Source: Lama guanicoe (lineage: Eukaryota). Taken from it: a stretch of 64,000 nucleotides of DNA. Both the position numbers and the translations under genes were made by a program. Within the stretch, counting starts at the first letter, position 1. Each line of letters begins with the position of its first letter. The stretch lies in assembly GCA_013239625.1 (NCBI GenBank), contig MU053810.1, positions 5,488,071 to 5,552,070 of the forward strand, in the 5' to 3' direction. The notes beneath the pieces were generated by a model. The model saw nothing but the letters and a program-made list of their open reading frames with translations, did no database searches and was not told the DNA's origin. Shown here piece by piece: positions 40,400 through 54,601 of the stretch.

Positions 40400-41090
40400 T
40401 TCAATTTTTTTGAGATATAATTAACAAATAAAATTGTGAGATATTTAAAGTGTACATCATGATAATTTGATACATGTGTACATCATGAAAGGATTCCTCC
40501 TGTCTAGTTAATTAACACATCATCCATCTCCTCACATAGTTTTTTCTTCTTTTTTTTTTTTTTTTTTGGTGAGAACATTCAAGACCTTCTCTTTTGGGCA
40601 AATTTCAATTATACAATACAATACTATCCACTCAAAGTCACCAGGTTATTCATTAAATCCTCAGACCTTATTCATCTTAGAGCTGAAAATTTGTACCCTT
40701 TTAACAATCTCTCCTTATTTCTTCCGATGCCCCCACCCTTGGCAACCACTTTACTATTCTCTGTCCCTATGAGTTTGACTTTTTTTTTTTGAGATTCCAT
40801 ATGTAAGTCATACCACGCAGTATTTGTCTTTTTCTTTCTGACTTTTTTCACTTAGTATAATCCCCTCAAGATCCAGCTATGCTGTCACAAATGGCAAGAT
40901 TGCTTTCTTTCTCATGGCTGAGTAATATTCCTGTATATACCTATATGTACCACATCTTATTTATGCAGTTATGTGTGCACATACACACACATATAGCCCG
41001 CATCTTTATCCGTTCATCGATTGATGGTCACTTAGGTTGTTTCCTGTCTTGCCTATTGTGAATAATGCTGCAGTAAACATGGGGGTATGG
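40400..41090 (-). mobile_element. L1MA-like 3' UTR
   Basis: gagatataattaacaaataaaattgtgagatatttaaagtgtac...aataatgctgcagtaaacatggg. Confidence 0.85.
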
Positions 41091-42070
41091 AGGTGTAGTT
41101 TAATATGTGTATGGCAGATTGGAGCAGGGGCACAGGGTCTGCATATTGCAGACCTATGGGCAAGTCACTCCATCATTCTGTGCCTCAATTTCCCTTTCTG
41201 TTAAATGAAGAACAACAGTAGAATCATGGGTTGGCCGTAAACATCACACAGGTCAAACGATGAAAACACTGGGCATGTAGTAAGTACTCAATTAAGTGTG
41301 AACTATTTTGATGACTGTTATCCCCACCTCCCTCTGCAGCTGAGCACCACTTCTCCTAGGTAAGAAAACTGCTGAGAAAGAGCCATAACTTGGAAGGATG
41401 AGTTCACTGTTTTAAAGAAAGCTTCTGTAGAGTTTATTTAATTATGTAGAGCTGCGGAAGTCATCATCCACGAATTCATTTGCAAAGCAATTACTCAGCA
41501 CCTGCTCTTTGTCCTGGGCTGTCCTGAAAGGTCAAAATACAGAGAGGAACTGAGCCCCTAATTTCCCCTGCAGGAAGGTCCAGCCTAATGCTGAAGACAT
41601 ATAAGTTTATGGGAACATTAAAAATGTCTGACCTAACTAGAATAGCCAATAATAGGGAAAAAAATAAATGACACATCCCCTATCCCAGGGAATAATACCA
41701 AAATGGCATTAAAGAGAAAAAGCTGTGATCTGTATAGGCCAACGTAGAAGGATGTCTACATTCTGAAAATATGTTACATAAAAATTAAGTTGCAAGCATG
41801 TGTGTAGTATAATCACTTACACTCTACGTATGTTTATGTCTGTATGGGCATTTGCGTAAGAAGAGGCCTAGAAGGTTATCCCACTGTGTGGGCAGCTCAC
41901 AGAAGTGGGCTCATCAAGGAACAGGTGAGATTTTTACCTTTTACATCACTAGACTTTTTACAATAAGTATGGTTTATTTTTGTAATAAATATTGAATGTG
42001 ACCAGTGCCTTTAAATTAATGTATCCCTTAACTTCTTCCAAAAAGTTTTATAAAACAAATTAATACATAC

Positions 42071-42375
42071 AATGCCCATCCTTGCTCATTGGAAAACACT
42101 CAACTTGAAATGCATGGAGTAAAAATAATCCAGAAATTGAGCAATTTGTTAATTGAGAAACTGTCTTATGTACTCAAAGTACTTTGGAACAAGAAGAGAA
42201 GATTTTGGCTGGTTCTTTGGACCTGCCCTTCAGGGAGTATTTTGTGTGGAGGTGCTCAGATATGGGAGAGGGTCGCGTCCTTCGCTCTGCATGCTGAGAA
42301 CCTGTTTCACGAAGGGTGGTCAAATCCTTTTGAATTCATTTGCACGCTGGTGTGCCTTGATTGTTAGTGTGTTTC
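42071..42375 (-). pseudogene. Putative decayed exon, RGS helix 2-4-like
   Basis: Acceptor ctttacttacttag, donor ATT|gtatgt. QPKSSLLVPKYFEYIRQFLN then, after a frameshift, NKLLNFWII. Confidence 0.45.
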
Positions 42376-42799
42376 CTAAGTAAGTAAAGATCAGAAGGGA
42401 TATATAGGATCTAAGCAGAAGAACATAAATCATGTTAGGAGATATTTTCATTAATTTATGCTGGTCTAGTGAGTCATCTCTCACCAGCCAAAATGGTCAA
42501 GATAGTAAGATTTATTAGTCATAGCCTCATCTGATTGTCTTGAAACCTCTTTTTCTTCACTTCTCTGATGCCTCCTTTGCCTGTTTCCACATATCTCTTC
42601 CTATTCCTTCTCACAGACATATGATACCTTCATTTTGTTATTTATCTTGGTGTTCCTTCAGGTGGTCATCCCTCTGTATTGAATTCTTAGAGAAGATGAT
42701 GAATAATACCAACATAGATCTGAGGAATGGTTAAAAGAAGGAAAATCTTTTAAAAAAAAGTAGAATTAGAATAAATGGCCAAAATAATTGAAAAATTTT

Positions 42800-43720
42800 C
42801 TATATATATGCTGATGGCTACTAAATCTGTATGCCCAGCTGAGATCCTTCTTCCAAGTTTCAGACCCATACAATTAACCAAAATCCTCCTGATGTCTCTG
42901 TTTGGAAATTCCACAGGCACTGTGAACACAGCCAATGCAAGACTGAATTCAGTCTTCCTCATGTCCTTCTCATCTCTGCTTCTTCCTTCCACTCTCCCAC
43001 CAAAGCCTGTGTCTGCTTCCGCCTTATCAGTCCAATTAAAAGGCATGATTATACTCCCAGTTGTCCAAGCCAGAGATCATTCAGTGTCCTTTCTCTTTAC
43101 TACCAGATTCAGTCAATCATCACTTTCAATCACTTCTGTGTCTAGAGCTCTGGAGTCTCTTCTCTTCTCAACCCAACCTATCTCAACCCAAGTCTAGATT
43201 CCAGTTATTTTCCTCCCAAATCACTGCAACAACCTACTGACTGGTCTCCCCATCTTAATCTTAATTCTTCAGTGATCCCTTCTCTGCATCATAGCTGCCA
43301 TTGTGATTTTTTTTCCCATGCAATCATGTTATCTCCTTGCTTAAAATCCTTAGTGGATTCCCATTCTCTGAGAATATAAGTACCATCCAATCAACATGTT
43401 ACAAGTCCCTTCCTGATCAAGACTCCCGAGCCTAAACTCTTAGCACCTTCATACTCTCAGGTCCCAATGGCATTGAGCATCACTCACTTCCCCAACACCT
43501 TTTGCCTCGGCTCCTTATAGAGTCTGTTCCCAAGTCTAAGGTAGGCATCCTTGCTCTTTCCTGACAGCAGTACTTACCCACCTGATCATAATTACTCCTT
43601 TACTTGTCTGCCACACCCCCTTTGAACTCTGTGTCTCCTCATTTCCCTTTGCATTGTTGCGACCCTGTTGTCCAGCAAGACTGGACTCAAGACATATTTG
43701 TTAAATAAATAAAGAAACAG
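42800..43720 (+). mobile_element. L2 3' remnant
   Basis: tatatgctgatgg...ccttgcttaaaatcct...atatttgttaaataaata. Confidence 0.75.
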
Positions 43721-45182
43721 TGCTGGATAAATATTATCAAATTCTTACTTTTCTATTACTACCCTTCTCTTCCCACTGGTCATTATAATATGCAATTTTT
43801 ATTTTATATTTACATAAAATTCATTACATACATGTGTATTTGTGTGTGTAAACACACATACACACACACAGTTTTGTGATGATATAAAGTTAGGTTCCTT
43901 GTGTCTTTCATATTTATAAAACAGAAGATACATTCTGTTGTAAGAGTTTGAAACTATGTTAATCCTTTATTCTTTAGAGCTTTTTTATCATTATATTCCC
44001 ATTATAATCTGTTTAGATTATATTCTGGTTATTTCTTTTAAGGATCTAAAGCGAGAACCAGCTTCTTTACCCACAGCAAGGACCAACTCGAGTACAGAAG
44101 AGATCTGAACTTGATTTCAATGATAAAATTAACCAAAAGTCAGAGTAAGTTCATTTAAAAACAGTGGTTACAAAATTGGTAAATATGTTTTAAAAGATAC
44201 TGGGAAGTATCTTTAAGTGCCAACATTTAAAAATAAAAACAGCACCTTATTATTTTTTTAAAAGCCTTGAATTAAAGGCTTTAACAGCTCCATGTATTAA
44301 AAGCTGCCCTAACATCTTTCCCATATATAACCTAGCGACGCCTATTTTAGGGGATGTCTCATTCCTCCTACTTCCTCTGTTGAAGCTCAGGCAGGTAGCT
44401 GTCCTCTGATGCAGCCTTTTGTGCTGTTGGTTTAGAGGCTTTCTATTGCTGGATGACCTTTCTGCTGAATAGATCTACTTCCCACTGAGCTGGACTTCTC
44501 TGTTTGTTCTCTTCCTTGGTATTACACTGAGACAACAGCAAATATTCTTTGGTTTGAATCATCAGAAGTAGCTTCATTTTTTTTTGTTTGTTTACTTGAT
44601 TTTTCCTCCTGCACTTTTGTAATGATCATATCCCCACTCGCCTCTCCATCACCAAAGGAATAAATAATTGATATAATTCAACAGCAATGCAGAATAAAGG
44701 CACTAAGAGGTCTTTGTAAGGCACTGGGTCTGTTGGAGTTTCTGTCTTCCTTTTTTTTTTTTTTTTTTTTTTTTGAACTCCTCTCTGGTCATTTCATTAC
44801 TGGGAAAATCAGGTTGTTCTTTTGGGCGGATATCAGACTATGAAACTAAGTGATAGTCATTCAAAGGGGGTGGATCGCAAAAGAAAATCTTTTGTTTTCT
44901 ACAAAGATTAATGAGATGCAGTCTCATTGGGAACAGACACGTCTTCATGATTATCAAGGCTTCCAGTTGAAGGGGGGCAGGGCAGGGTGGTAGGGAAGGA
45001 AGAGCTTAAGAAAGAAATCCACTTGAAATATCTGGAATCTCTCTTCTCCCCTCTCTCACATGGTTGCACACCTCTCTATTAATCATCCCTTCCCAAAGCT
45101 TTACAAAGAGTGGTTAAGATAATTTGGTAATGGAGGATGGAAATTTCTTCTCTTTAATTTAAACATAGAATTCACTAGCACA

Positions 45183-45370
45183 GCAGTGTTCCTTAGTGTG
45201 TCTTCTGAGTCACTAGCATGAGAATTCTTGTGGTGGTTTGTCAAAAAAGATGCAGATCCCTGGAAGCATCCCAGACCCATAGAACCTGCACCTTAGGGAT
45301 AGATCTTTCTCTTTTAATTTTTAATCATCCCTTGGGGTGATTTCTGTGCACACAATTGTTTGAGGGGGGG
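45183..45370. mobile_element. MER5-like hAT-Charlie MITE
   Basis: gatgcagatccctggaagcatcccagaccc...ggtgatttctgtgcacac...tttgag. Confidence 0.65.
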
Positions 45371-47649
45371 CTCAGAGAATCGAAGAAAATTTGAAAGTCA
45401 GAGTTGAGGTGACAGGAATCATGGCGAGGCTGTTCAGAGTCCTTCCTCGGAGGTGAGTCCACTCACAGCAAGCCAGCTTGAGTCAGGATCCTCGAGTTGC
45501 ACGTTCCTGGGAGAGAGGATCCAAGAGGATCTTCTCAGGCCAGAAGAGGGGGGAGCTACCTGACAGACTCCCATCAAGCCGGAATACAGTGGAAGAGCAT
45601 TTCCAAAGGAAATCCATGTGTTGTTTCTAGAAAAAAGGGAAAGAGATCTCAGATGGCAGAAACTGCAGATGATCTTTACACATACCGAGAACACAATAAT
45701 ACAGTTGGTTTTTTTTGTTTTTTGGGGTTTTTTTTTAAATGAACAATGCTCTCCTGTGGTTAAAGCCTAGGAAGTAAAACATTAACATCTTCAAGCTTAA
45801 CAGTGCAGATATTTCCCGGTTACATAAATGAAGATTAGTTACTTTGTCCATAAAGGAGTTTGGGAGTTTGTGGGGAAAATCCAGAATCACCTTTCCAGTA
45901 GAATGAGTGCCTGGTAGTAACTTGTCAAGAGTAAAGACCTAATATTTGAATTGATTTAAGTAACCAATAATGACAGGAAAGGTTTTATTCAGACATTCTG
46001 TAAATATTGGCAACTTATTAAATTATAATATTCAATTACAGTTTAAGTTTATAGAATCAGTTAAGCAACTCTGTGAAGAGTCTTATGAATAAGACAGCTA
46101 AAACAAAATAACATTAATTAACTCTTTGTAAGGTACAACTTTTATTGCTTGATCCATTTCACACTATTAATTTCTCCTTGTGCATCATGGACCTTGTGGG
46201 AACCATGGGTCTGAGCAGACACAGTTCTGGTAAATGTCTACCATGAAAGTTGTTAGGTGGATTTTGTATTTCTAGAAAGTTCCACCCTTTGGAGGTCTGA
46301 CTATTGTCTAATTGTGAAATCATTATGGATGCTTAGAAAGAAATAGGATATCCTATGCGTGATGAGCTACACTGGTAAAACCTGTGGGCAGCTTTCCTGA
46401 AGTAAATTGACCTGTCCACTTATTTTGATGAAAATCAATTTCAGTTCCAGAAAAATGGAGAAGAGAGAGAAAGCATCTGAAGTGGAAAGGGATGAGAAAG
46501 ATTTTTCAAAATTGTTTCAAAATGCAAATAATCCTATCAGGATCTCAGCACTTTTTTTTTCTGAAAGAGGGCTGAAAATGCTTTTAAGTGTAATTTGATT
46601 ACATGCAAAAAGTTTCCAGAACCAGCTCCCAAATGTCTACTCCCCAAATTTGAGTAAAGTAACAATACAGACAGACACTAGAATATGTAACTTATATTTG
46701 AGAGCTCTGAGCAAAGTTTGCCTCTTAATTTTTATCTGATTGAAGACAGGTGCAGAGAAGGTCAGAGCTTTCCCCCGTCATGACTTTTCTTCCTTCGGGA
46801 TCATAAACATGTTAAAAGAGGTATCTTGTGTCCTTTTTTTTTTTAATCTTACAGAGCAGACCTCCACTTCAGCTAAATTCTTCTGGTTTTAAAAATGTAT
46901 TCTTTTAAAGAACTCTTGGTCAATCTCTCTTGATGCAACCGATTTCATAGAATTTTCATTGCTGAACTATAATTAAAATGTGCTCATTACCATTTAAAAA
47001 TAATAGAATTCTTATTTCCACAGCCCAAAAAGCACTTAAAATTTTGAAAGTCATTTCCACTTCAAGGCGAAAATCCATCACCGCTGGAGGGTACTTCTCT
47101 GATTTTTCTTGTATGATTTTTTTTACTGCACTATGTTTTCCATTGATCTTGACTCTAAAGCCATGATTGGTAGTATACTCAGATTAAAAGAACTCTCTTA
47201 AAAGACACTGATTTGTGTTCTGTTCATCCTACAGCTTCATGAAAAGTGAGATGATAATCTGACTTTTTTCCTGAGTTGATTGGTTAGTCCATATTGACTC
47301 CATCTTTTTAAGCCTTTGATGAGACTGGCACTTCTCCATGGTGTTTTATAAAGTCATTAAATCACTGAGGATTTCTCTCTGACAGCTCTGCTCCATTACT
47401 ATCTGGAGAAAATGGCAGTCACTTGGAATTGGTACAGCTTCATCTGTGGTTAGATATAAGGCTCCAGGCTTTAGTTAACTGCTAGACCTCTGAAGGGTCA
47501 GGTGTAAGGACTGATATGCCATCTAAATACTAGCTTTCAGAATTTGTTTTCCAATGTTCTCTAATTAATGCTGGTACTTCTGCATCAAGGGGAAAGGTTA
47601 GCCTTAGAATAAAGGAATAGATGCAAGAGACTGAAGACAGGTGTATTTT

Positions 47650-47709
47650 TTTCTTTCTTTTTTTTAATTGAAGTGTATAGTCAGTTACAATGTGTCAGTT
47701 TCTGATGTG
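47650..47709 (-). mobile_element. Extremely truncated L1 3' end (about 60 bp)
   Basis: ttttttaattgaagtgtatagtcagttacaatgtg flanked by gacaggtgtatttt / gacatgtgtatttt. Confidence 0.8.
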
Positions 47710-50700
47710 ACATGTGTATTTTTGAAGATTGGCCTCAAGGAGCTGTTGTTAGGGGATGCCCAGAGAATTATTCTTATAGTGAATGAATTGCTCCATGAAG
47801 AAAATAAAGTCTGTTCATTTTCTCCCCTGCAAGAGTGGTTTTTAAACTTTATTTAAACTTTATTTTAAATAATGGCTCTGCTTTTTGTAAAACATCTAAA
47901 TATAAATGTTTTTATTAATGGCCTCTAAATTACCATGAAGTCCAACTAAGCTCAAGATTTTAAATTTCAGAGGAAAGCTCCACCATCAGCTTTTAGTATT
48001 AGTAATATGAACTGATTTCTCTGGTTTCAAAGTATGTGGCTTAATTGCAACCAGAGTGGTGAGACTTTGTTCAGATGGAATAAGGAACTTATGATTCAAC
48101 TTTTCTTTGTTCCTTGCCAGTCTTTTGTAAATTTCAATAAGCCAAAGTATTAAAACTGTATTTTATAGTCATTCCAAATAATAGCTAGTCAATAAATACA
48201 GGACATCAATGTTCCATACGTTGTTTTCAGGTTCACGTAATGTAAAAGATTAGAACTGTTGCCAACTTAGGGCAAAAAAAATAATGATCTCAGACAATTT
48301 CATAATAAATTAATCTTAGAAGCAAAGCGTGAAACCGATATAAGTAATATAAAGAAGTGAATGATTATGTCAACCTTATTGGAAATGTCAATCACGTGCT
48401 TGCCAGCCTGTAGCATTCTACTATGTGAAACTGATGAACCCTTGGTTCCTGCCAAAGAGCAGCCCTCTGAGAACTACGTGGACTGCACTCCCCCCTCAAC
48501 CCCCTGACCTCAACAGGCAGCCAAAATGTGTTGCATTAGCATAAGAATTTCGGCTTAGAAATTCGAGTGCGGAATACACAGATTCAGTTAGCACTGGGAG
48601 TGAGAGCTGAAAAATTGTCATGGATGAGAGAGTCACTGGGACTCATGGCCATGCCCAAATTTTGAGTAAAAGTTTTATAAGGGAGCAGAAGCTATGTGGT
48701 ATAAACAGGAAAAGGAGTGAATCATTGTAGTGGATCAGGGTACAACAAACAGAGCTGTCTGGAAGCGCAGCTGTCAAGATGGCCCTCGAGACATCAGGTT
48801 GTGTGAATGACACCATGAGACTGGAGATCTGAAATGGTGCCTGGCCTTTTTGAAGTCTGACTGTTCAGCTTTTCTGAGTCCCTACCATTGTGTCTCTTTT
48901 AACTAAGGCCCTGCCACTTGGTGGGGGCAGGGTGCAGGCTTTAGTGATCTCTGTCCTTTTCAACCAAATAAAACAAGGACAACACATGACCAACTGAGGA
49001 GATGAGAGTGAGTGCCAAGTGTTAGCATAAACTTAAATGATATGACATATAAGGTAGAGATGAAATATATAAGCAGGGGTTCATCAAACAAGGATGATAA
49101 TTAAAGCATGATACCTCATGCATTGTAGAGTGAAATGCATTTAATTTTTAGCTTAATGATGTTTAGGTTTATTCATTTATTCAGTATCTATTTAGTGCCT
49201 GGCACATATCAGATAGATACTCTGTTATTCTTGGAGGATGTAAAGATGAATGAAATAGTCCCTTTCCTCAAGGAAATTATAGTATATAGCATAGAATAAA
49301 ACAACGTCTCTTTCATTTAAAAAAAATTACTGCTTCTGAATCCTCAAATTTAATCCTCACTTAGACAGATCTTCTATGGGACTTCGTCTGGGAACCAATT
49401 TCCTGTAACCAGTTATAATATCATGTGACTATTTACGCATAAGTTTGGGCTCAACTGTTAGATGTAAGTGTATAGCCTGACACCTACCCAGAAATGGGTA
49501 TTTTCTGGCTAATGTCAAGATTTGTGTACCACTAGATCTAATTAGAAGGAAATGATTGTTCTTAATATTACTGTTATAATTATAAGAAAATTATTGTTCT
49601 TAATGTTACTGTTACTACATAGATTAATATCAAACCTAATTGCATAACTGCTGCCTACACAGATCACAACTAAAGAGATGCAGGACCTGGATTAAGACTT
49701 GATGAGGGGAGAATTAAAAAGCTGCCTTATTCATGATTGTAAATTTGCTTTGATGTGAACAGAGCCACTCAAGGAAGGCTTTTGGCAGCTTAGGCAGTTG
49801 GATTCGAACAGGGAACGTTGGGGAGACCACGCGTATGTGATAAAAGGATCAGCGTCTCAGTGATGGGAGCTATTGAGAGAAGGAAAATGAAATATATTCA
49901 AATATATTCACCAAATAAATATGGCGATTCTCATTTTTTTCTTGTTTTTACTCATAAAACATGATCTACTTAAATTAATAATTTACTTATATTAATAAAT
50001 ATTTACTAATAATTAATAAATAAAGATTCATTTATAATTAATAAATAATCATGGTTTCTTTGATTTATAATAAAGGAGATGGAGATAGAAAATGTCTTAC
50101 GTAACCAGAGGTAATCACTCTGCTTTCACAATGTAGTTTGGGTTAATTGCCTCTGAAAATAGGGTTTTGTTTTTTTTTTTTTACTCTCTAGTAAGTTTTG
50201 GTTGAAGTGGAGGATAATGGAAAAGCTCATGAGTCCTCACTACAGCAATTCTTTCACCTTTTTCTTATCAAGGATGTTTTAATTTGATTGATTGGCCAAA
50301 TTAATAAAATCTGAATGGCTTTGGCTGTCTTTCTGAAAGCTGTCCCAGAACTGGTTAAAAACAAATGGTTCTGTTCTTCCTGGAAGAATTTCAGACAGCC
50401 CCTCCCTCCCTGACCCTCTCTCATTTCCCTTTCTCCCTTCCTCTCCCAATGTGCAGTCAGAAAGAGCCAGAAAATGGCTTTGCAACCATTATTTAATGAA
50501 AAGTCATTATTGATGAGTCCCTCCAAGGGGGCAGGATGCTGTGGTTAGACCCTTGCTTAAGAAGTCATTGTTTTATGACAGTTTCCATGTCCTCGCCCTC
50601 TCGGGGTCAGGTTACTGCAGTGTGCTCTGCTGGGATGTGTCTTTGAAATTTACTTGGCAGACACTTGTATTATAGTTTCAGCCAACTTTTTTTTTTGTAT

Positions 50701-51639
50701 ATAATGTGTCACAGTAGTATATATTAAAATGATGAATATGGTTCTAGCCCTTGAAGAAGTTGTAACCCACAAAGGGTCAGCATTTAGTTGATAAGTCATC
50801 ACAGGATGACAAATTCTCCTAAGAAGTCTCGTGACCTATTGACAGAATTTTAGGCAACTTATTACAAATATTCAGACTAGAAATATGCTTAATATATGCT
50901 GGATGAATAAATACTTGAGTGAATTTACCATAATCCTAGGTGGATTTTATTTCCTTCCCAAAGGATTTTTTCCCCCCAGATATCCAAAATATGAACACAA
51001 CTGAGATTCTTGTGCAGTAGTTGGGTATCTATTCATAAGTGATAAAACTCTAATTTAAATTAAAAAGTAAACATTGAAAAAAATACTCAGAGTGATCTAA
51101 ACTAAATGCATAGCTCCTCAAAGTCATGGGTACTGATAGACCTGACTTGAGCTAAACAAAACAGTTTCCTGTCCAAGAGAAAAAATACTGACGGCTGTTT
51201 CAGATTTTCAGAGCCCGGTTTTTATAACCTGTATGTTTCAGTAGTTCATCAATTTATCAAAAATTAAGATAAACACATTGCTAACTGGCCTCATTCAGAA
51301 ATAAGTGTACACATGGATTGGTTTTGAATAGACCAAAATTCTATGTTGAATGATTAATTCAAAGTAATTCATTTTGGGGGGCCTTTGTGCAGTGCACAGA
51401 ACATACAGCTGTGCATGGCAGCCTCACTTTCACTTCCTCCACTACCTATCACTACTTTTGCAAATCTCAAGTAACTTTCACATGTGTGATTTTATTTGAC
51501 ATTGGCTTTGACCGTGTTAGGTAAACATGAAAGTGAATTACCCTTCCCTTACAAAAGAGATACCTAAGACTCAAGTAGGTTTCTATATTGATCATACAAT
51601 AAGCACGCCATGAATACCAAGCAAGAAGCCAAGAGCAGG

Positions 51640-51880
51640 GAGAGCCCAGCTACTGAGCCATTATGTGCTTTACTATCCACATGCTTTACGTGTGATTTCA
51701 TAAAATGCTCACAAAAGCTCTGCAGGGTGGGTGTCACTGGAGTCTTTATGTAGATAAGTACACAGGTCCAACAGAGTTAATTACCTTGCCCCAGTTTCCA
51801 TATTTTGTAAATGGAGTAGTCAGAAATCAACCCTGGTCTGTCTGACTCCAAATCTATGCTCTTTCTACCATGCTTACTTC
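51640..51880 (-). mobile_element. MIR SINE
   Basis: agagttaattaccttgcccc...gtctgtctgactccaaatctatgctctttc. Confidence 0.75.
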
Positions 51881-52359
51881 ATCCCTATTGAGTGTATCTG
51901 ATTGTTGGGTGTAGACATGTCTGTACAAAGTAACACTCATTATTGTTGCATTGGATGGAGTTTAGGAAAAAGCATTGCTTAGTCAGAGAAAATTCCCTAT
52001 GGAGGATACTCTAGGGAAGACACTGCTTGCATTTTTAATAGATTAGAACATAAAGAGGTAATACTTTCAAGAGGGAGAACCACTTAACTTAGTTAATCAG
52101 TGTGTACTAATTGAGCACCGGTTAAATGCCAGGCAGCCAGTTAGGTGACATGTGAGAAATTACTCTGGAAGTCAAGGCACTTATCCTCAAAGGGATCACA
52201 GTCTAATTAGTGAGATCACTGAAGGATTTGAAAACTACAGCTACTCAGTGATCTCCAAGGACCTCTTTCAGTAGGGTCTCATTTAGTGAATTCACAGGAA
52301 AAAAAACACAGATTGGGAACATCCATTCCAGTCTCTCTACTGTATAGAGTAGATGCGTC

Positions 52360-52820
52360 TAACAACAGACCTTCTTTCCTCAAAGTAGAGACCGAGATAA
52401 GGACTTAGTGTCGGCAGTTTATTGGGCTGGTGGTCTCTGGGAAACAGGGAAGGAGGAAAAACCAATAGAAAATATGACAATAAAGATTGTGGATAAAGGG
52501 GGCTGGATTCTGACCGCCTCCCTGAGAACTGTACCAAAACCTCCCTGAACTGTCCACTCTAACAATGATGGCAGTCAGGGGCATGTGTTCACCAGCTCCT
52601 GTCCCCTATTCATTGAATTGGCTCTAGGGGCAGTGAGTCCCCCAGACTTTGGGGCTTGCTGGTGGATCAAGTGGATGTTTGTAGGATCTAAAAGTCAAGC
52701 AGAGAGTGAGAAGTTTCATGGCTTGGGCTTGGAGTAGGACACGGTAAATGGAAGCTGTGGCTGAAATCAGAGGTGGGCTCAGAGGATAGGATGCTACAAA
52801 CCTGTTTCAGGTCCCACAGA
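52360..52820 (-). mobile_element. ERVL LTR remnant (LTR16/33-like)
   Basis: agagaccgagataaggacttagtgtcggcagtttattggg motif. Confidence 0.5.
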
Positions 52821-53866
52821 AGCATTGGGCAACTGTTTTTATTATAACTGAGAGGTAGACCAACCAAGTGGGCAGATGTTGGCATCAGACTGTACAGGGT
52901 CAAATCTAGGTGTTGCCAGTGGTCACTTGAAATTGTCTATAAAATGGAAAGAGCAACAGTACCTGCCACATAGATTCTCAAGAAGACGCATTAACTCAAT
53001 GAGATAATGTTTTATAGGATTCTTAGTAAGAGCTCAATGTTTTGGGAAATACAGAACCTGAAAGACCTATATTGACTGGGCCAGGAGTGATTTTTTTAAG
53101 TACTTTTTTCCTTTATAGTCTAACTTGCTGTCAATTTGCTTGTCTGTTTCTAATTTTTAAAATTCCACTAAAAGGTCAATTAAGAAATAAAGAATCCTTG
53201 ATCAGATCAATACGGTATACCTGGTTGGACACAATAAAATTCAAATCCTTTATTGCAAACACGTGCCCCCCAAAAGGAAAATGCTAAACCACATCAAGGA
53301 ATAAAACTCCGTCCCATTCTCAGCCCAGAAACTAAACACAGGAGAGCTGGCACGTGACTTCATATGGATTCTGAGTTCATGTTGATGATACTTCCTGTTT
53401 TATTCCTCCAAGCCACTTCCAAAGGCCTTGAGAGATTTGCAGATCTTAATTTCATGATGATGAAGATTGCTTGATCATTTAGGGGGGACTACTGTGTACT
53501 AGGAAGTATTCTTGGTCTTTGAAATGGAAGGGGTATGAAGACAAAAAAAAATCGATAATGAGTCTCTTGTTTTCAAGAAAGATTGCTTTTATTGAAGGAA
53601 TTCAATGAGAAACATTGAACTTTTAGAGAGAATGGGGAATCAGGGAGTACTAACTCACACATTTGGCCCCATTTTCACCTATCCAAGGCCCAAGTAAGAA
53701 ATTCAGTGGGAATGGAATTCATCTGGGGCTCTGGGAGGAATAATTAGCTAAGTTATTAGCTAAGTTGGAGACACAGGTAAGCATGACTAGCAGCCAGCAG
53801 TCCCATGCTAATCAAATTCAGAGTTAGACTCAGATCTTCACCCAGCTGTGTATGGTTGTTTATGGA

Positions 53867-54424
53867 TGTGGTGTAGCTGGTCTCTACAGCTGCCCCTCCC
53901 CCTCATCATGAGCCATATGACTGGTATTCATGCCCTTGTATAGTCCCCTCCCTCTGAATCCAGGCTGGTCCTTTTAACTCGTTTTTGACAAGTAAACTAT
54001 CCTGGAAGTAATGGTGTGTGATTTTTCAAGGTTAGATACGGATTTTTGCAGCTTCCCCCAGGGTTTCTTGGAAAACTTGCTCTTGGGATACTGTCTCTTG
54101 GCACCTAGATGGCATGCTCTGAGACACTCCAGCCACCTGGAGAGGTCACATGTTTTGCTGTGGTCACCAGACCCAGCTGAGATCCCAGCTAACAGCCAGC
54201 ATCAACTGCTAGGCATAGGAGTGAGCCATCTGGGATGTCCAACCCAGTCAAGCCTTCGGATGACTCAGCCCCAGCTTCTATCTGACTGTAACCACATGAG
54301 CGTCCCCAAATGGAAACTGCCCAGCTAAGTCCTGTGACCCCACAGAACCATGAGAGGTAATAAACTGTTGTTTAAGCCATTAAGTTTGGGGATATTTGTT
54401 ACACACCAGTAGTTAACTGGCACA
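53867..54424 (+). mobile_element. MaLR solo LTR (MLT1G/H-like)
   Basis: ccagctgagatcccagctaacagccagcatcaactg...taataaactgttgtttaagccattaagtttgggg...aactggcaca. Confidence 0.85.
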
Positions 54425-54601
54425 AAGTATAAATCAGTTATCTCTTGGATATCAACAGGTTTTAATTTTGTACACAATTATTACATGATAATTGAAAGAC
54501 CCAATTTTGTTACTTTTTTGACTTACCATAATGTCAGTCCTTTGAAATAGCTTTGTGGAACAGTATTGCTGCTTATCAGGTTTTTCTCATGATAACTTTA
54601 T

